Under the pieces are notes generated by a model. That model made no database searches. It had not been told where the DNA came from and saw nothing but the letters and a program-made list of their open reading frames with translations. 64,000 nt of DNA, from positions 310,001-374,000 of the forward strand of contig RHPI01001132.1 of the NCBI GenBank assembly GCA_009103225.1. Reading direction: 5' to 3'. Origin of the DNA: Chlorokybus atmophyticus. Lineage: Eukaryota > Plantae > Mesostigma and Chlorokybus algae. The position numbers and the translations under genes are program-made. Below are positions 36,225 to 49,333 of the stretch, piece by piece (positions within the stretch are counted from its first letter, which is position 1; every line of letters begins with the position of its first letter).

Positions 36225-37271
36225 CAGCTTCTAGTTGTAACTATAGCCGCAGTTGTACAGTGCCGCACTCGTTACTGCGGAGGTTTGGTGAACAGGGGAT
36301 ATCACTGGCTGCTGTGCGCGCATTTCCTCCGCTGTGATTGAGCCTGCAGCATCTCATTCCAGGTATTGAAACTTCAGACGCTTTTAGCTATGGGGGTTCT
36401 TCTTGTGAGGTGCTGGCCACAGAAAGGTGTTGATGACAAAGATGATGGTGACATGCTCATAATTATTGTCAGTCAACCAATGCGCACAGCGAGCCCGTGT
36501 GGGCAGGTAATTGACACTACAGTGTGTTAGTTAGCAACAAGCAAGACATTAGAACGGTGGTGGCGTATGATCATGCTTGCATGCTGTTTGAGTATGTGCT
36601 TATGCATAAAGCATGTACAAAACTGCTTCGATCATATCCTGTACAATTCTGCTTTGCGTTGTTTGTACACGCAATTTGTAAGTGACTTGCATACAGCACT
36701 TCCATGGAAGAGGTGGAGAGGTAACAAGGTCACCTGTTTGACAAGCCAACTATGTGCATACGGCGCCCTTAGTATCACAATCTGACGTGCGTGTCATTAT
36801 AGCTACTTCGGACAACATTGTCATATGAAGCAAAGCGCATCATGTGCGAGGCAATAGGAACTCAACATCAGCAAACTAGTCTCCATGTATTGCACATTGC
36901 ACAGTTGAACCGTTGTGCGCCATTATTATAGAGGGAGAGTCTATGGCTACCAACCACAATTACACACGATACATAATTAAGGCAGAATTGCTTACCAAAC
37001 AAACTCCAGAAGTGTGATCACAATCTTGACCAAAGGCACAAGCAAACCACGAGGAAAACATGAATCGCATGGGGGCCAAGGCAAGGCTCGGACCCTTGAG
37101 CGGCAGAAGGGTAGGGAGTAGGCAGGCTGCTAGCATGTTGCAAGGTCAACTTGCAAGCGCAGAGGCAAAGCAAAGAAGCAGAGGTCACGCCCGGATGTTG
37201 AACTCTGTTGGTGGCAGCGTTTGTTGTGGGCGTGCATGCTCTAACCACCTGCATGTACAAGTGCAACGGTG

Positions 37272-40080
37272 TTACATCCTATATATAGGCCTGCTGCCTA
37301 TCATTTTCGCACAGAGCCTACCAAGCAGGTGGCGCGTATTGTAGCTGTAAGTTATTATGGTGTCAATGAGCTGCCTTGTTTCCTGCAAAAAGTGAGCCAT
37401 GAACGTGCACAGTCTTATATATCAAACATACTGCGCTACGACCACATTGAGCTTGGTAGACGTGGCAATGGCAGAATGCCAATGTGGTGCACGCATCACG
37501 GATACGGTGGCAAATGCTGGTTCCCTCCATTTATTGTACACCCGTATGCAAATGCCGTGCTCTACTGTTTCAAAGATTAACATGTCTAGATATGGAATGG
37601 CAGCACTTGAAGCTGTGTGTGATGATATCAGCATGTGCTGAGGGTAGATGCCCCCTGTAATGCAGCATCAGACATATACATGAAGTGCTGAAACTCTAGA
37701 ACGACAACAACCAGCAAGTCACCCATAATCTTAGGCTACTTCTTGCCGGCTTTACGAAGAGCGGCCTATCTACCAGCGGGTATAGGCGTCACTACCACCT
37801 GAGCTCATAGGCGAAAAGATCATAGTTTGCTAGATACACGCCAGCCGGGTTTTCCATGGGGATACTAATGCATTGTACATGCAGACAATCATTGGATGTC
37901 TGCAAAATTAAGTTAGAGCATACAAAGAGCAACAGGGCATGCAGCTCCGTAAAGGCCGTAGTAGTACCCTCCGTAGCTGTGACTGTACCAACAAAACATC
38001 ATGTTTTACAACTCCTGCAACAATGGTGACGTGCAAGGTGGTGGCCCTGCGGTGTCTATGCATGTAGGTAAACACTTCATGCATGACCATACCACTGCTG
38101 GACACCAAGTCATCGTGTGCCAACTTAGCATAGAGGGTGGTAAAGTCATAAGTTTCACATTGCAAAAACTCAAATTTTTTTTTTTAATACGGGTGGTATT
38201 GAGATTAGTATAAAGACGCTCAAAACCTGCTGAGTTTTTTAAGTCCAAGCAACAACATAAGCACTTGGATCCTGCACGGTTTCAGCCCATGTCATTTACG
38301 GCCAGTGCACAGATCTTGTAAACACGTGTCAACCATACAAACACATCTGACAAGGTCGTATCATATGCTGCTGCGAGAAAGCGCAGCTTAGGTGGTTGGC
38401 TTGGCACTGCTTTAACCGGCAGTTAAGTAGAGGTGGGGCATTAGCGGGGTGGAGTGATGCTTATGCTGACGAAAGTCATTGTCGATGCAGAACTGTGCAT
38501 GGGCTTCCAGCACCGCTGCTAACGGCCGTGGCCAGAGTTGATATGTGGGTGTGTTTAGCTCTGCGGTTAGACATTGTAAGTAATTGTGTTTGCACATAAT
38601 GGCGAACATAGAAGCAAATATGTGCACCTGTGTCACCATAAACACTGTGCCACAGTGTGGCAGTGCAAACTATATGCATCATATGATATGATGCATGTAA
38701 TATATGATGTTATGATCCATCATCAACATATGCAAGTGTTGTGTTGCAGATGGTATAGGTGGTGGTGCTGCAGCTGTATGTACTTGCAAATAATTAATGA
38801 CCGCATGCACCCATGCACGCAGCAATCCAGGTTGATGGTGGCGCGCTTCCTAGGATTCAGCGCATCTGTAGAGCGCTGTGGTGGTGGCTCGCAGGCATGC
38901 TTCGGTTGTTGCCAGAGCTAGCATCCTGAACTTGATACCACATTGCAATAGTGCAGTAACGACCGGTAAGCAAACCATAGAAAAGTCACCAACATGTCAA
39001 AGATCAAAATTTGTCAAGCCAGCCAGCAACGTTGTGTGGCATCCGCAATGCTGCATCAACTGTGCTTGCTCTGCAGCATTATTGCGTGTGACCATAGAGG
39101 AGCGATTGCACCGAGCCTTACTTGAAGTGCGGTTGTACTTCCACATCACTAGAGGGTTGACTCAGTGTTGCTGCAAGTGTGGTGGCACGGCCAGTTGTGC
39201 TACTTGTGAGGCCATTGTTGCCTGCATGTTTGGAGCATTAGCTGCCATGCCCGAAAACTTGCATACGATGAGTACTTTGTTTGTGTTGCTGTTGGGAGCG
39301 AGCATAGCGTAGCAACTGCTTTGTTGAGAACGCTCATGATGGAGTGCGCTTTCGACTCATCCAGCCCAAAGTCCGCTGGTGCTCGGCGCTTAAGCAGGTT
39401 GAGCATGCGTTGCAGGTTCCGCCTGTAACGCATGCTCAACCTATACTTCAGCAAGTGCTCCATTCAAACGATTTTTGCACATACACATTTGCAGATAACG
39501 CAACCTCCGTGCATGGTCTTTGTATGCACTTTCTGCTACTGTTACTGGACTCTGGCAGTTCACGTGCAGCAACAGCAGCATGTTTGACCACAATGGCACG
39601 ATGCTTCACTGCCACGCGTGCTCTAGTAAACGGTGTGCGTAACTTGGTTTGTTTAATTTCTTGTTTGTGGCCATGTGGGGCTTAAGTCTGCAGCAGCCCA
39701 ATCAATGCCGCTCAAGGACTTGTGTCTCTCGTGCCCAATCTGTTTCGTCCATGCCTTCCAGCAACGGGACATGCTCAACGGGCGAGATGCCCCACATGTG
39801 CACACCTGTGTTATGCATGGATGTTTCTAGAGGAGTGGCATCAGCAATTGTTCCTTGCGGCACGTGCTATTTGAAGTGTTCAATGCAATGTGACAAGTCA
39901 AGCCAACAGACATGGGTGTGCTGCCATTCAGTTGATACATCACATATCTCACACGCTTATTAACAATGGGGCTGAGCATATCATCAGCATGCAGATGCTT
40001 GGCTCTTGATTTCAAGCTTTTGTATGACGATTAGGTTCAACTTGTAGTGGGTGCGGCATATGCTCCGCTAAGACACGTCT
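37272..40080 (-). mobile_element. Decayed Penelope-like retroelement with N-terminal GIY-YIG endonuclease and C-terminal RT (Naiad/Chlamys-type domain order)
   Basis: Minus-strand fragments occur in order. GIY-YIG-like: RYVMYQLNG...VGLT...HFK*H...WGISPVEHVP...LERH*L (about 39950-39700). Linker: PLVMWKY...CGC...HVGDFSMV...LLQCGIKFR. RT: LKNS...ETYDFTTLYAKLAHDDL, ISIPMENPAGVYLANYDLFAYE, IMGDLLVV, IPYLDMLI...RVYNK, AQYV*YIRLCT...YSY. Many stops and frameshifts. Confidence 0.85.
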
Positions 40081-40769
40081 CAATCTTGCGACATGTCCAG
40101 TTGAATGATGGGCATATGCTACGTGCGTGCGATTGAGTGCGCTTAACGCAAGGCCCCTGAGTACTATAAGCAAGCGTCACGCTGTGACAGGCATCAGTAA
40201 TACGTCAATTCGCACACAGAGCTCTAGCATCATGGCTAAATGTGTGTAGTGCAACCGAGCAGAAATTACAGGCACAAGCACGCATCAGCCCAATGCAGGA
40301 GCAACGATGCTTTAGGATTTACAGTCACACACACGCAGCCTCATCTCGCAAGCACAAGGCAGGCGTGCGCAGCTAGTATGTGACCTACCCAGGGCGTTCA
40401 CTTTTCCCGCAAGGACAATAATACATGCAAGTAATGCAGGCAATGCTATGCACACAACGTGCTCAACACCAACAGCAGAACAGACTTTGTAGTCCCTGAT
40501 ACATGTATAAAAAACTGGCACCCAGCAATGAGATTTACGCCATCGGGCTTGCGCCGTCTCGCCCACCTACATCTAGATTTAGGGCTAAATGCATAGGGTG
40601 TGAGTCAATCGGCATTCATGTACAATCGTGCAGTGCTTTGTGTCGACACTGTGCAGCAATCAGCAGTCAGCAGTCTGTACATGCAACAAACACAAGGCAA
40701 TGCAAGCGGGCGCCACACATAAACTTACACACTCACACCCGGGGCCCTAAGCTATATACATAAGCTAAG

Positions 40770-40830
40770 TGCTGCTATGTGCAGTGCAGTGAGCTGAGGG
40801 TAGTGGGTGGTGGGTGGGGTTGAAAAAGTG
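40770..40830 (-). repeat. Possible partial copy of dispersed repeat motif 2
   Basis: TATGTGCAGTGCAG followed by a G/T-rich tract, as at 3034-3065. Confidence 0.35.
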
Positions 40831-41696
40831 TTGTATGACCGACCTGTTTACCATAGAGTATAGGCATAGGGAGGCAGTTGTTTGCTGTAGGAAGGGTGGT
40901 GGTGGTAAGGACGGTGCAGAGCAGTGCAATGCAATGAGGTGGTGTGGATGTGTGTGTTGTGTCTCCACTCCTACGCCCACACTTCCTCCCGAATAGGTTA
41001 TGTGACCGCAGCATGTGTGGCGGCCGTATGAGTTGGTGTTGCGGGTTTTTCTCTTCAACATTGTAAGACATGTCAACTACACGGCGCGCAGGCTAATAAC
41101 ACGCCTACAGTCGAAGCACAGGCCATTCGGCAGTGTGCAACAATTACCAAAGTGTTAACGGTCAATACAGCACCATCGGACTAAAGAGCCAGAGCATGCA
41201 TGACGATAATGATTTGTGTTCATTTCACAATTGTACAACTTCGTCGTACTGAACGGTAGATTTAGAGTAAACAACAGTGATTGCCATGATGAAGGGTAAG
41301 CTGCATCCTGTCACATGTGACTCGCATCGCCCTTCCATTGAGTCTGTGCATCATTCTCAGATGGGCACTTCCGGTGTAAACCTTCCGTATAAGGGGGAAA
41401 CTCCCGCTCACGTTAGTGCAATGTGACGCGGTCTGACTCAGACCTCGCTGCCACCAACTGTCACAGATATCGCTCCCAGCTGCGCTGCAAGTTGGGGCCC
41501 GCAGCGCAGCACAGGCACTGATATCCGCGTTGTCTTGACAAACCCGTTTATAGAATCGGCCGCGGCTTTGTTACAAGCATAAGGTATTTGTGGTGGAATC
41601 GCCACCTGGCATTGGTGTGTGAGGTTGTCGCCGCCATCGTCGTCGTCGTCGTCGTTGGCGCCGGGGGTTGCAGCAGGAGCAGGGGCAGCAGCAGCG

Positions 41697-42170
41697 ATGT
41701 CTCGGGGCAATAAGCGCGAGGTTGATCGTGCCCGGGCGCAGGCACGCAAGGCCGATGCGGCCAAGGGCAACGCTGATGGCCTGACGCCCCTTGAGCGGCG
41801 GGAGCGGTAAGTGACCAAGCGAACTTGCTCCTCCTAGCCTTTTTGTTGATAACTACTTTGTTGGTCGATCGTGTATGCCTATTATTTCGTTCTGCCGCCG
41901 TTGTGCTTCTTCCTGCTGATCCGCGCAGCATTAGGGTTTGTATTTCTGCAGGGTTTTACTTGTTGACATTGCTGTTTGTGCCTTTGAGACTCTAGTTTTT
42001 GTTTGACAGCTGTCACTCAGCTGCTTGCAAGAAGGTTTGGGTTATACTGATTTCTGCTGCAAATGTTTGTGCGCAGGGACGCCAAGGCCCTGCAGGAGAA
42101 GGCTGCCAAGAAGGCGGCTTCGGCCGCTGGAGGCATAGGCGGTGGCTCTGCCCCAATCAAAGCCAAGTGA
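41697..42170 (+). CDS. SERF: Small EDRK-rich factor (SERF / 4F5 family), 67 aa; exons 41697-41806, 42077-42170
   Basis: MSRGNKREVDRARAQARKADAAKGNADGLTPLERRER|DAKALQEKAAKKAA... Confidence 0.92.
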
Positions 42171-42994
42171 AAGAAAGAGAAATCCAAAAGAGACAAGTTC
42201 TTCTCTTCGGCAGGAGAGAAGCCACAGCACAATTGTAGCATATCATCATTACAGTTTCAGCCGCAAGCTCGACGGCTGCCATAGGGGTTCCTGAAACCAC
42301 CCACCGCGCACGCTCACCTACCCTTTCCCCTTTTATCACACCCGTTCAAGCACGTATGCCCTAGCACTGAACTGGAGTTATTAGCTCTATTATGCCCCCC
42401 CTTCCCCATATGCAGCATATCTAGCCACATCTTTGCATCAGGTCACCACTGCTTGACATCTCTCTGGCAGCCCCTTGCTGCACAGCGCTTGATGAAATAG
42501 AAGGCTTGTATGCTCTTCCGCACCCTGCATTTTGCGAGGTTTGTGCGATGCTATTAACCCGCAGCAAGTCTGCTTCCTGTTGCAATTGCATTCAAGTCAA
42601 TCTAATTGTGGTAGTTTGAGAAATGAGCGCTATTTGCTGCACGCAGTCAATGCACAAATGCGTGAATGTTTAGTTAGTGCATGATGATGTGGTATGAGCA
42701 TAATCTGAGGGCATTGGAGGAAGACAGGTCATGCAGAAGTTGGCAACAACCATTGCAATGGCTGGCCCTGACTTGGAAGAACGTGACAGACTTGCACCAA
42801 CGCAATGCACACAAACTTGGATGCACACTCGGATGCACACTCGGATGGTGTACACTGCAAACACTAGTGCACTCACACACAGCTGAAGGCACAACATGCC
42901 AATAGCACAAACTTGATGCAAAACTACATTAACACGTATAGATTATCAACAAGTTGCCTGCATAATCTGTACAAGTAATGACAAGAGTGTTTGT

Positions 42995-44949
42995 CTATGA
43001 GATGAAAGCCTTCTGTAGTTGCGCGTAGTTGCACGTGAAGCCCGTGCGTGGGCAAGTGATGCGTCCGTTGTTGTCACGCGCCATGGCTTCAAGGGCATTG
43101 CGGCTGTACACGTAGCCGTTAGGTAGGACCATCGGCGGGTTGTTGTCATTCATGATCTCGTTGGTGATGCGGCACACCAACGTGGAGCGCGCGTGCTTTG
43201 CGTACGGTAACCCACGCGCAAGCTGTCTGTACAGAGTCGAGCGCAGCGGGTCCTCTTTGCTACACGCACTCTCATCGTTCTCTCTCTCATCTTCACAAAA
43301 GGGTGTCTTCAATGCCGACAGCCCCGCCTGAAGAAAAATGTCCAACAGCGGCCTTGGCGTGAGACAATGCAGACGGTTGTGTTCACGCTGAAAGGAGTCC
43401 ACGAGCACGTCCCAACGCAAGACATCAAACAAACACTTGTAGCGCGCGCACTCGGTGTTGCCGCCAAAAGCCAATGCAGCCATGGCGTGTTGGAGCTCAC
43501 TCATATGTGTACCCGCCCACGCCGAGAGGTGTTTACGCGCGTACGTGACAGCCTCTTTGCCACACTCGGCCCGCACGAGTTCAATAAACTCCTGGACACG
43601 CAGCTCAAACTCAAGCCCACTCTTGAGCTTGCGAAGACGGGATCGGTTGTCATTGCACCACGCAAGAGCCTCCCCGCAGTCACGTTGTCTCAACGACTCG
43701 ATCACACGCCGTGCGTGGGCAAACACATCCAACTCAACAAGCTCCTCCACGCCCGCCGCTTCCGCCAAACCCGTTGCAGCGCGGTAGTAACCCGCACGAA
43801 GCATGTAATCGATGACAATGCGGCTCACACGCGCGCGGTTCCACGCCACCTCACGCTCACGCGCCGATTGTGGTTGGGTATGTTGTGTATGTTGTTGTTG
43901 TTGTTGTTGTTGTGTTGAGTGAGCAGAGGCCAAATGCTCAATTCTTGCTCTGCAGTGGTGTATGTGGCGTTCTTCCTCGTGTCCGGCTTCATCGAGCTTG
44001 CGCTTGAGGCCTTGCAATCGGCTTACAAGTGCTTCCAGCTGGCGGGTGGCTTCAGCGGCACTGAGAGGGTGAGAACTTGATGATGTGGACGTGTGCGCGT
44101 GCGCAACTTCGGCCAACACCTGCGCAGCCGCGGCAGCCTCCTTCTCAACAAGCTTGCTGCTCGCACGCACGGCTTTCTTTAGACTCTCATATGGGACCTT
44201 TACAAGCGGCAGCTCCACGCGCACCTGAGAGATGATAGATGAAGTGGGCTTGCAGCTCTATGTGATATGTGAGGTTGCAAGTCAGTATGTGCTTGCGTAC
44301 ATGCAGTGCTTCGTGCATACATGTGTGCTCGCGCACACGTGTACGCCTCAATGCGGGCGCACGCAAATGTGTGCATGCATGTGTGTATGCATATGCGTGT
44401 ACACAGTCATGGGTGTAATGTTCAGCGACTGCATGCCTTGTGTCAAATGCCAGATCAATCATAAAAACCAATCTGCGCAGAGCAGACAAGAGTTCGAGGT
44501 GACAATTGTAGCCAAGTTGGACTAAAACACTGACTGTGTCTCTCTCTCTCTCTTTCGCTCAGCAAGCGTGAAACAACAAGCTTGACCCACACAAAACCAC
44601 GATTGTCTACAGTCCTTCCAGCAAGACGTGAATTAAACGCGAGAGCACATGTTTTGCTGCAACTGTCTTTGTCTAAGCGGCAAAGCGCATACAACCAATA
44701 GCGGGGCGGATGGCAGCACGGACACACGTAGGTACTACACTCACATGCACATACTGACACACACAACGCAATCTGTCCAACAGCCTGGACCCCACACATG
44801 CTTGCATATCAAACACCATGACACAGCATTCGCACATACAAATCACCACCAACACCAACACCACCATCACCACCACCATCATCAACCATGACTCCCACCT
44901 TGTCGTGGGCTGACTCCGACGCAAGCGTGCCGGCGGCAACCTCCGCCAT
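42995..44949 (-). CDS. MAEA: Macrophage erythroblast attacher / GID9 (CTLH E3 complex subunit); exons 44949-44899, 44224-42995
   Basis: ELPLVKVPYESLKK, LQGLKRKL, LisH (RIVIDYMLRAGY), CTLH (ALAWCNDNRSRLRKLKSGLEFELRVQEFIEL), CRA (LQAGLSALKT) and RING-like (LVCRITNEIMNDNNPPMVLPNGYVYS...CPRTG) motifs. Confidence 0.95.
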
Positions 44950-44969
44950 GACGACAACGACGACGACAA

Positions 44970-45002
<33 letters not shown>

Positions 45003-45125
45003 CAACGACGGCGGCGACCTCCGCCAGCACCACGGCAGGCTGCAACACCGTGTCACTTCCACAGCTTCGAAGATTGCAACCCTAAAGCGGCTGTTGTAAG
45101 TTGCAGCGTGTTGGTACTGGTGGAC

Positions 45126-48100
45126 ATGTGTGCAATGTGGTTGTTGCGGCGGCGGCGGCCGCAGCTGCTCTCCAATGGTAGGTGGCTGGCATCCCTATGC
45201 GTCTCTGTCCTGGTGCTCCTCCTCCTCGCTGAAGCCTGCGCCGGCGCTCATGTCGCTGAGGTGCGCATTGGCCTGGCCTGGCCTGGCCTGGGCTGGGCTG
45301 GCCTGGTGGGAGGTTTAGAAGCACTGTTTTTCAGCATGCTTGCAGTGGTTCTTATCGCCTTACATGCAAGCTTTTAAGCACAGATTGTCAAGCACCAGAA
45401 CGAACAATGCTGTTTCCTGTTGCAAACAAGTGCATGCACACACAATGGCTCACAGCTTATCATGGAGAAAGGGTGACAGCAAATTATAATCTTTAACTTC
45501 ACTGAAAATCACACAATTGACTCTTAAGAGTAAGATTTGCTGGCTGCCTTGTGTCCTCGAAGTAATGTCAGTCTTACATGTGTGTGTGTGTGCGCGCGCG
45601 CGTGCGCGTGCGCGTGTGTGTGTGCGTGTGCGTGCCCGTGTACACTTGCGCGTGCGCGCGTGCACATGTGCATGCGCTGTGTGTATATCTGTGCACGCGC
45701 GCGTGTGCGCGTGCAAGCGTGTACACGCTTGCACTTGCGTGCAACCCTTTGAGCGTGTGAGTGTGCGCACACACGCGCTATGTGTGGTTGAAGCGCTAAT
45801 TGATGGCGTGTGTGTGTGTGTGTGTCTGTGTGCAGGTGTACCGCTTGCTGCAATATGACTTAGAGGGGGTCCCGCTTGGTTCAAGGCGAGCCGCATTGGC
45901 CCACCACGCCACATTAAGTCTCACCGCCTACACCGCCGCGGCCGATCTCCAACGCGTCGCTCTCGTGTTGCCGTTGCCACTCGCGCTGTTCACATATAAC
46001 CCAACGCAACTGCGAGAGCTTCTAATCAGTCCCAACCAAACAAACAGCAACAATAAGCGCGCGGCTGTTGGGGCACTGCTGCTCGTACTACCTAAAGACT
46101 TTCATAGCAATGATGTGAGTGTGGAGATGGATGATGTGAAGGCTATCACAGAGTTGGAGCAGCTGCTCATTGACAACAACCTTTCGGTCAGTTGTGCTTT
46201 TGTTCCTTTCCTTGCTTGCATCAACTAGCTATTCTGTTGTCTCACCGTGTGCGTGTGCATGTGCGTGTGCGTGTGTCTCTCTCGCAGATTCCCGTGTACT
46301 TTGCTTTGGAGAATGATAACCTCGCAAGCATGTTGAAGGACCTCACTGCGAACGATGCAGCTGGAGTTGCTGCGACGCCGAGCTCGGGAGGGTAAGAAGA
46401 CACGCATGTCATCTGTTTGGTTGTGTGTCCTGCTTTCATTCCTGTGCTCATGTCGTCATTTCTACCATGTAGGTACAAGCTGCAAATTGTTGGGCCCGAG
46501 CCAACAAAGCTCAGCCCCACACTGGAAAACTATCAGGTCTCTAATATGTGCTTGCATTTGCTTTGTATGTGACGCATCATACACGCCCTGTATGTCTCGC
46601 CTATGTCATGTGTGTGACAATGCAGGGTTTTCTGCCGGGAGATAAGACGCAAGACAGGACGATTGCAGTTGTCGCACATTATGACACATTTGCTGCTGCA
46701 CCAGTAAGAGTTAGCGTTATTGTTGTTGTTGTTGGTGGTGGTGGTGGTACACTACAGTGGCATGCATGCTCATCCTATAACAGGTATTGTGGCGTAGGCA
46801 TGTTGGGATTCATATTGAACATATCTGTAGGGGCTTGCGGTTGGCGCTGATGACAACGGGAGTGGCGTCGCGGGCTTGCTTGCGCTTTGCCGGCTGTTCT
46901 CTGCGCTGTACGCGGACCCGCACACAAGAGGGATGTATCCGTTTCCCCATATGCTGGTGTCAATGCGTGCATGCGTGTGAGTGTGCCTGTGGTGTACATG
47001 GGAAGTGTTCATGTGAACGCGGGTGCTCGCAGGCACGCACGCACGCACGCATGCAAGCGTGAAAGTGTCATTTGTGTGCTGCCCTGCAGCTCCAGTCCTG
47101 ATTCTGTTGTCCTTGACTTGCAACGAACACTGCAGCTACAACTTCTGGTTTCTGCTCACTTCTGCCGGCCAAATGAACTACGAGGGAGCCAAGCAGTGGC
47201 TGGCCAAGACGGATGTGCGCCTCCTCGAGACATTGGACCTGGTATGTGGTTTTACAAGCATGCATGCAAACTGTACGTTTATGTATGTACGCGCGCGTGC
47301 GTGTGGGTGCGTGTGGGTGTACATGCATACATGCATGTGTATGTGTGCGTCACATACACACATATAAACACGAATTCATGCATATATGACTACATATGCA
47401 TGCGCACACATACCATGTGACCTGTGCGCACGCGCACGCACGCACGCACACATGTATGTCACACGGCCTTGATTATACTTTACGCAGGTGCTCTGCTTGG
47501 ACTCATTAGGCTCGTGGACACTCGACACCGGTTTGTACCTTCACGTGTCTCGTCCCATGCGCGACCCAGCCATCCAGCGGCTGTCGGAGGCGTTCGGCAA
47601 GGCCGGCGCCGCACTCGGCGTGTCGATCGAGACAGTAGCGAAGAAGATCAACGAGTCTCACGTGGCGTGGGAGCACGAGCACTTTGCCAAGCAACGCATA
47701 CTCGCGGCCACACTCACGAGCAGGCAACAACCGAGCACGCTGTTCGCTCCTTCCCTGCTGGATCACAGGTGAAAATGCGTGCGTGTGTGAGTGCCTGGGT
47801 GTGTGCTTCTGTGCGTGCATGCGTGCATACCGCTTAGCTCATGTCAAAGCATGTGTTAACACTTGTGTGTGCACATATGAGTACATGAACACCTATGTCA
47901 CCACATACCTGTAGTTGTACACATACACATGGTAAGCACATAGTCTATATGCGGGTACTGCTTGATGGTGTTTCTAACTAATTGTTGACTACATACTTGC
48001 ACTAATCGTGCACGCGCGCGCATGTGCGTGCATCGTTACCAGTCTTATGTATCTTGCCCACTTGTGTAATGTTGGGGTACATTCTTGAACGTTTTGCAAT

Positions 48101-48941
48101 GTCACAGGGTCAACGCGACAGCTGTTGAGCTTGCAGTCCAGCTGGCAGCGGAAGCCTTGGCCGTGTACGCTTACAGCAGTCCCAACAGCAACGCCACGAG
48201 CGTCATGTTTGCAAACAACGATCAACAACATCAATCTGGAGTCCTTTCTATCAGCAGGCCTTTCCTTGACCAATGGCTCCTGATGTTGGCCAAAACCCCA
48301 CGCTTTGCACCATTCATCCCGAAGAGTTTCCCCCTCACGCTCAGCCTTCAAGCAGTGAGTTGTTGTGTCACACGGTAATATGTGTGGCGTGTTGCAGCAT
48401 CAGCCATCAAGATGTGTTGTCGTTGTTGTGTCTGCTCTGTTTCAGGCACTGCAGCGATATACGGCGGTCACGCAAGTGGTCAAGTTTACACTTGATCCCA
48501 AGCTTTTTGAGTTTTATGGCACGCAATCGTCTCAAATGCAGGTTTTCCAGGTAATAGGCTGTGACACAGTGCATATGTGCACACGCACGTGCTCGCACGC
48601 GCGCACGCGCACACGCACACATACACGCAAGCATTTGTTGTTTGTTGCAGAGCTCTCTTTTGGCATTGTATATAATTCACAGATGTGTGCAGGTTGCTAG
48701 CGTAGGATTTGATGTCTTTCTGGCAGCTGCGATCGGCGCTTACCTTGCGGTGTTGTATGGGATTCTACACATACTCTCCAAGGTAGAGTCTCATCTTGGG
48801 TTATGTTGGACTGAAAACCTACATACACATGTTGGGTTGTCATCAATCCTCATGAGTTGCTCTTACTCAATGCAGGGCACATCTGAAGTGGCCGCTTTGT
48901 TTCGGAAACCCATGATGAGTCGCAAGTTGAAGTACACGTAG
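45126..48941 (+). CDS. NCLN: Nicalin (M28 peptidase-like fold, NOMO/TMEM147 complex subunit), 12 exons
   Basis: Signal peptide, then VYRLLQYDLEGVPLGSR, IPVYFALE, IAVVAHYDTFAAAP, GADDNGSGV, YNFWFLLTSAGQMNYEG, KKINESHVAWEHEHF, KTPRFAPF, QVASVGFDVFL plus a TM helix, ending ALFRKPMMSRKLKYT*. Confidence 0.95.
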
Positions 48942-49333
48942 CGCCAGCGAGTATGTTTTAGGAGATGTGGCTGGATTTGGAAAGTTACACACACGCGCAC
49001 ATGCACACACACCCGCTCAACATTGGTTGCTTTTGTTGAATCCAAGTTTCTGTGTGTGTGACCAACACTTTGTGTGCACATTGCTTTATTGAACAGGTCA
49101 TGGCATCTGCCATGCGATAAAAATAGAACAGGCAGCTCCCCGCACCCGCAATCATCGGGTGGGGCGAAGTCCACACGCTGCCACACAAATACGTGCGTGT
49201 GTGTACACAAACACACACATCCACACTATCTTATAAAGAGTACTCTGTTGCCCTATATGACAATAAGTAGGTACGGTATAGACAACGGGGTGAAGAATGT
49301 TGGGGAGGTAAAAAATGGGGGGGGGGGGGGGGG

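Noticed and set aside
39975-40000. CTGATGA on the PLE strand as a possible hammerhead ribozyme core
   Set aside because: It lies inside the coding region and has no downstream stem II or GAAA element.
41287-41345. ATGATGA (box C-like) followed by a loose hairpin around GTCACATGTGAC
   Set aside because: There is no box D (CTGA) at a suitable distance with a terminal stem, and pairing is too weak for a miRNA-like precursor.
43140-43918. Plus-strand ORFs of 110-183 aa within MAEA (similarly 50348-51040 and 52781-53659 within the EGF gene)
   Set aside because: Antisense shadows of GC-rich coding exons, with no independent motifs.
48863-49224. Minus-strand ORFs overlapping the last nicalin exon (RVDFAPPDDCGCGE...)
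   Set aside because: No recognisable family, antisense to a real exon, and most likely 3' UTR sequence.
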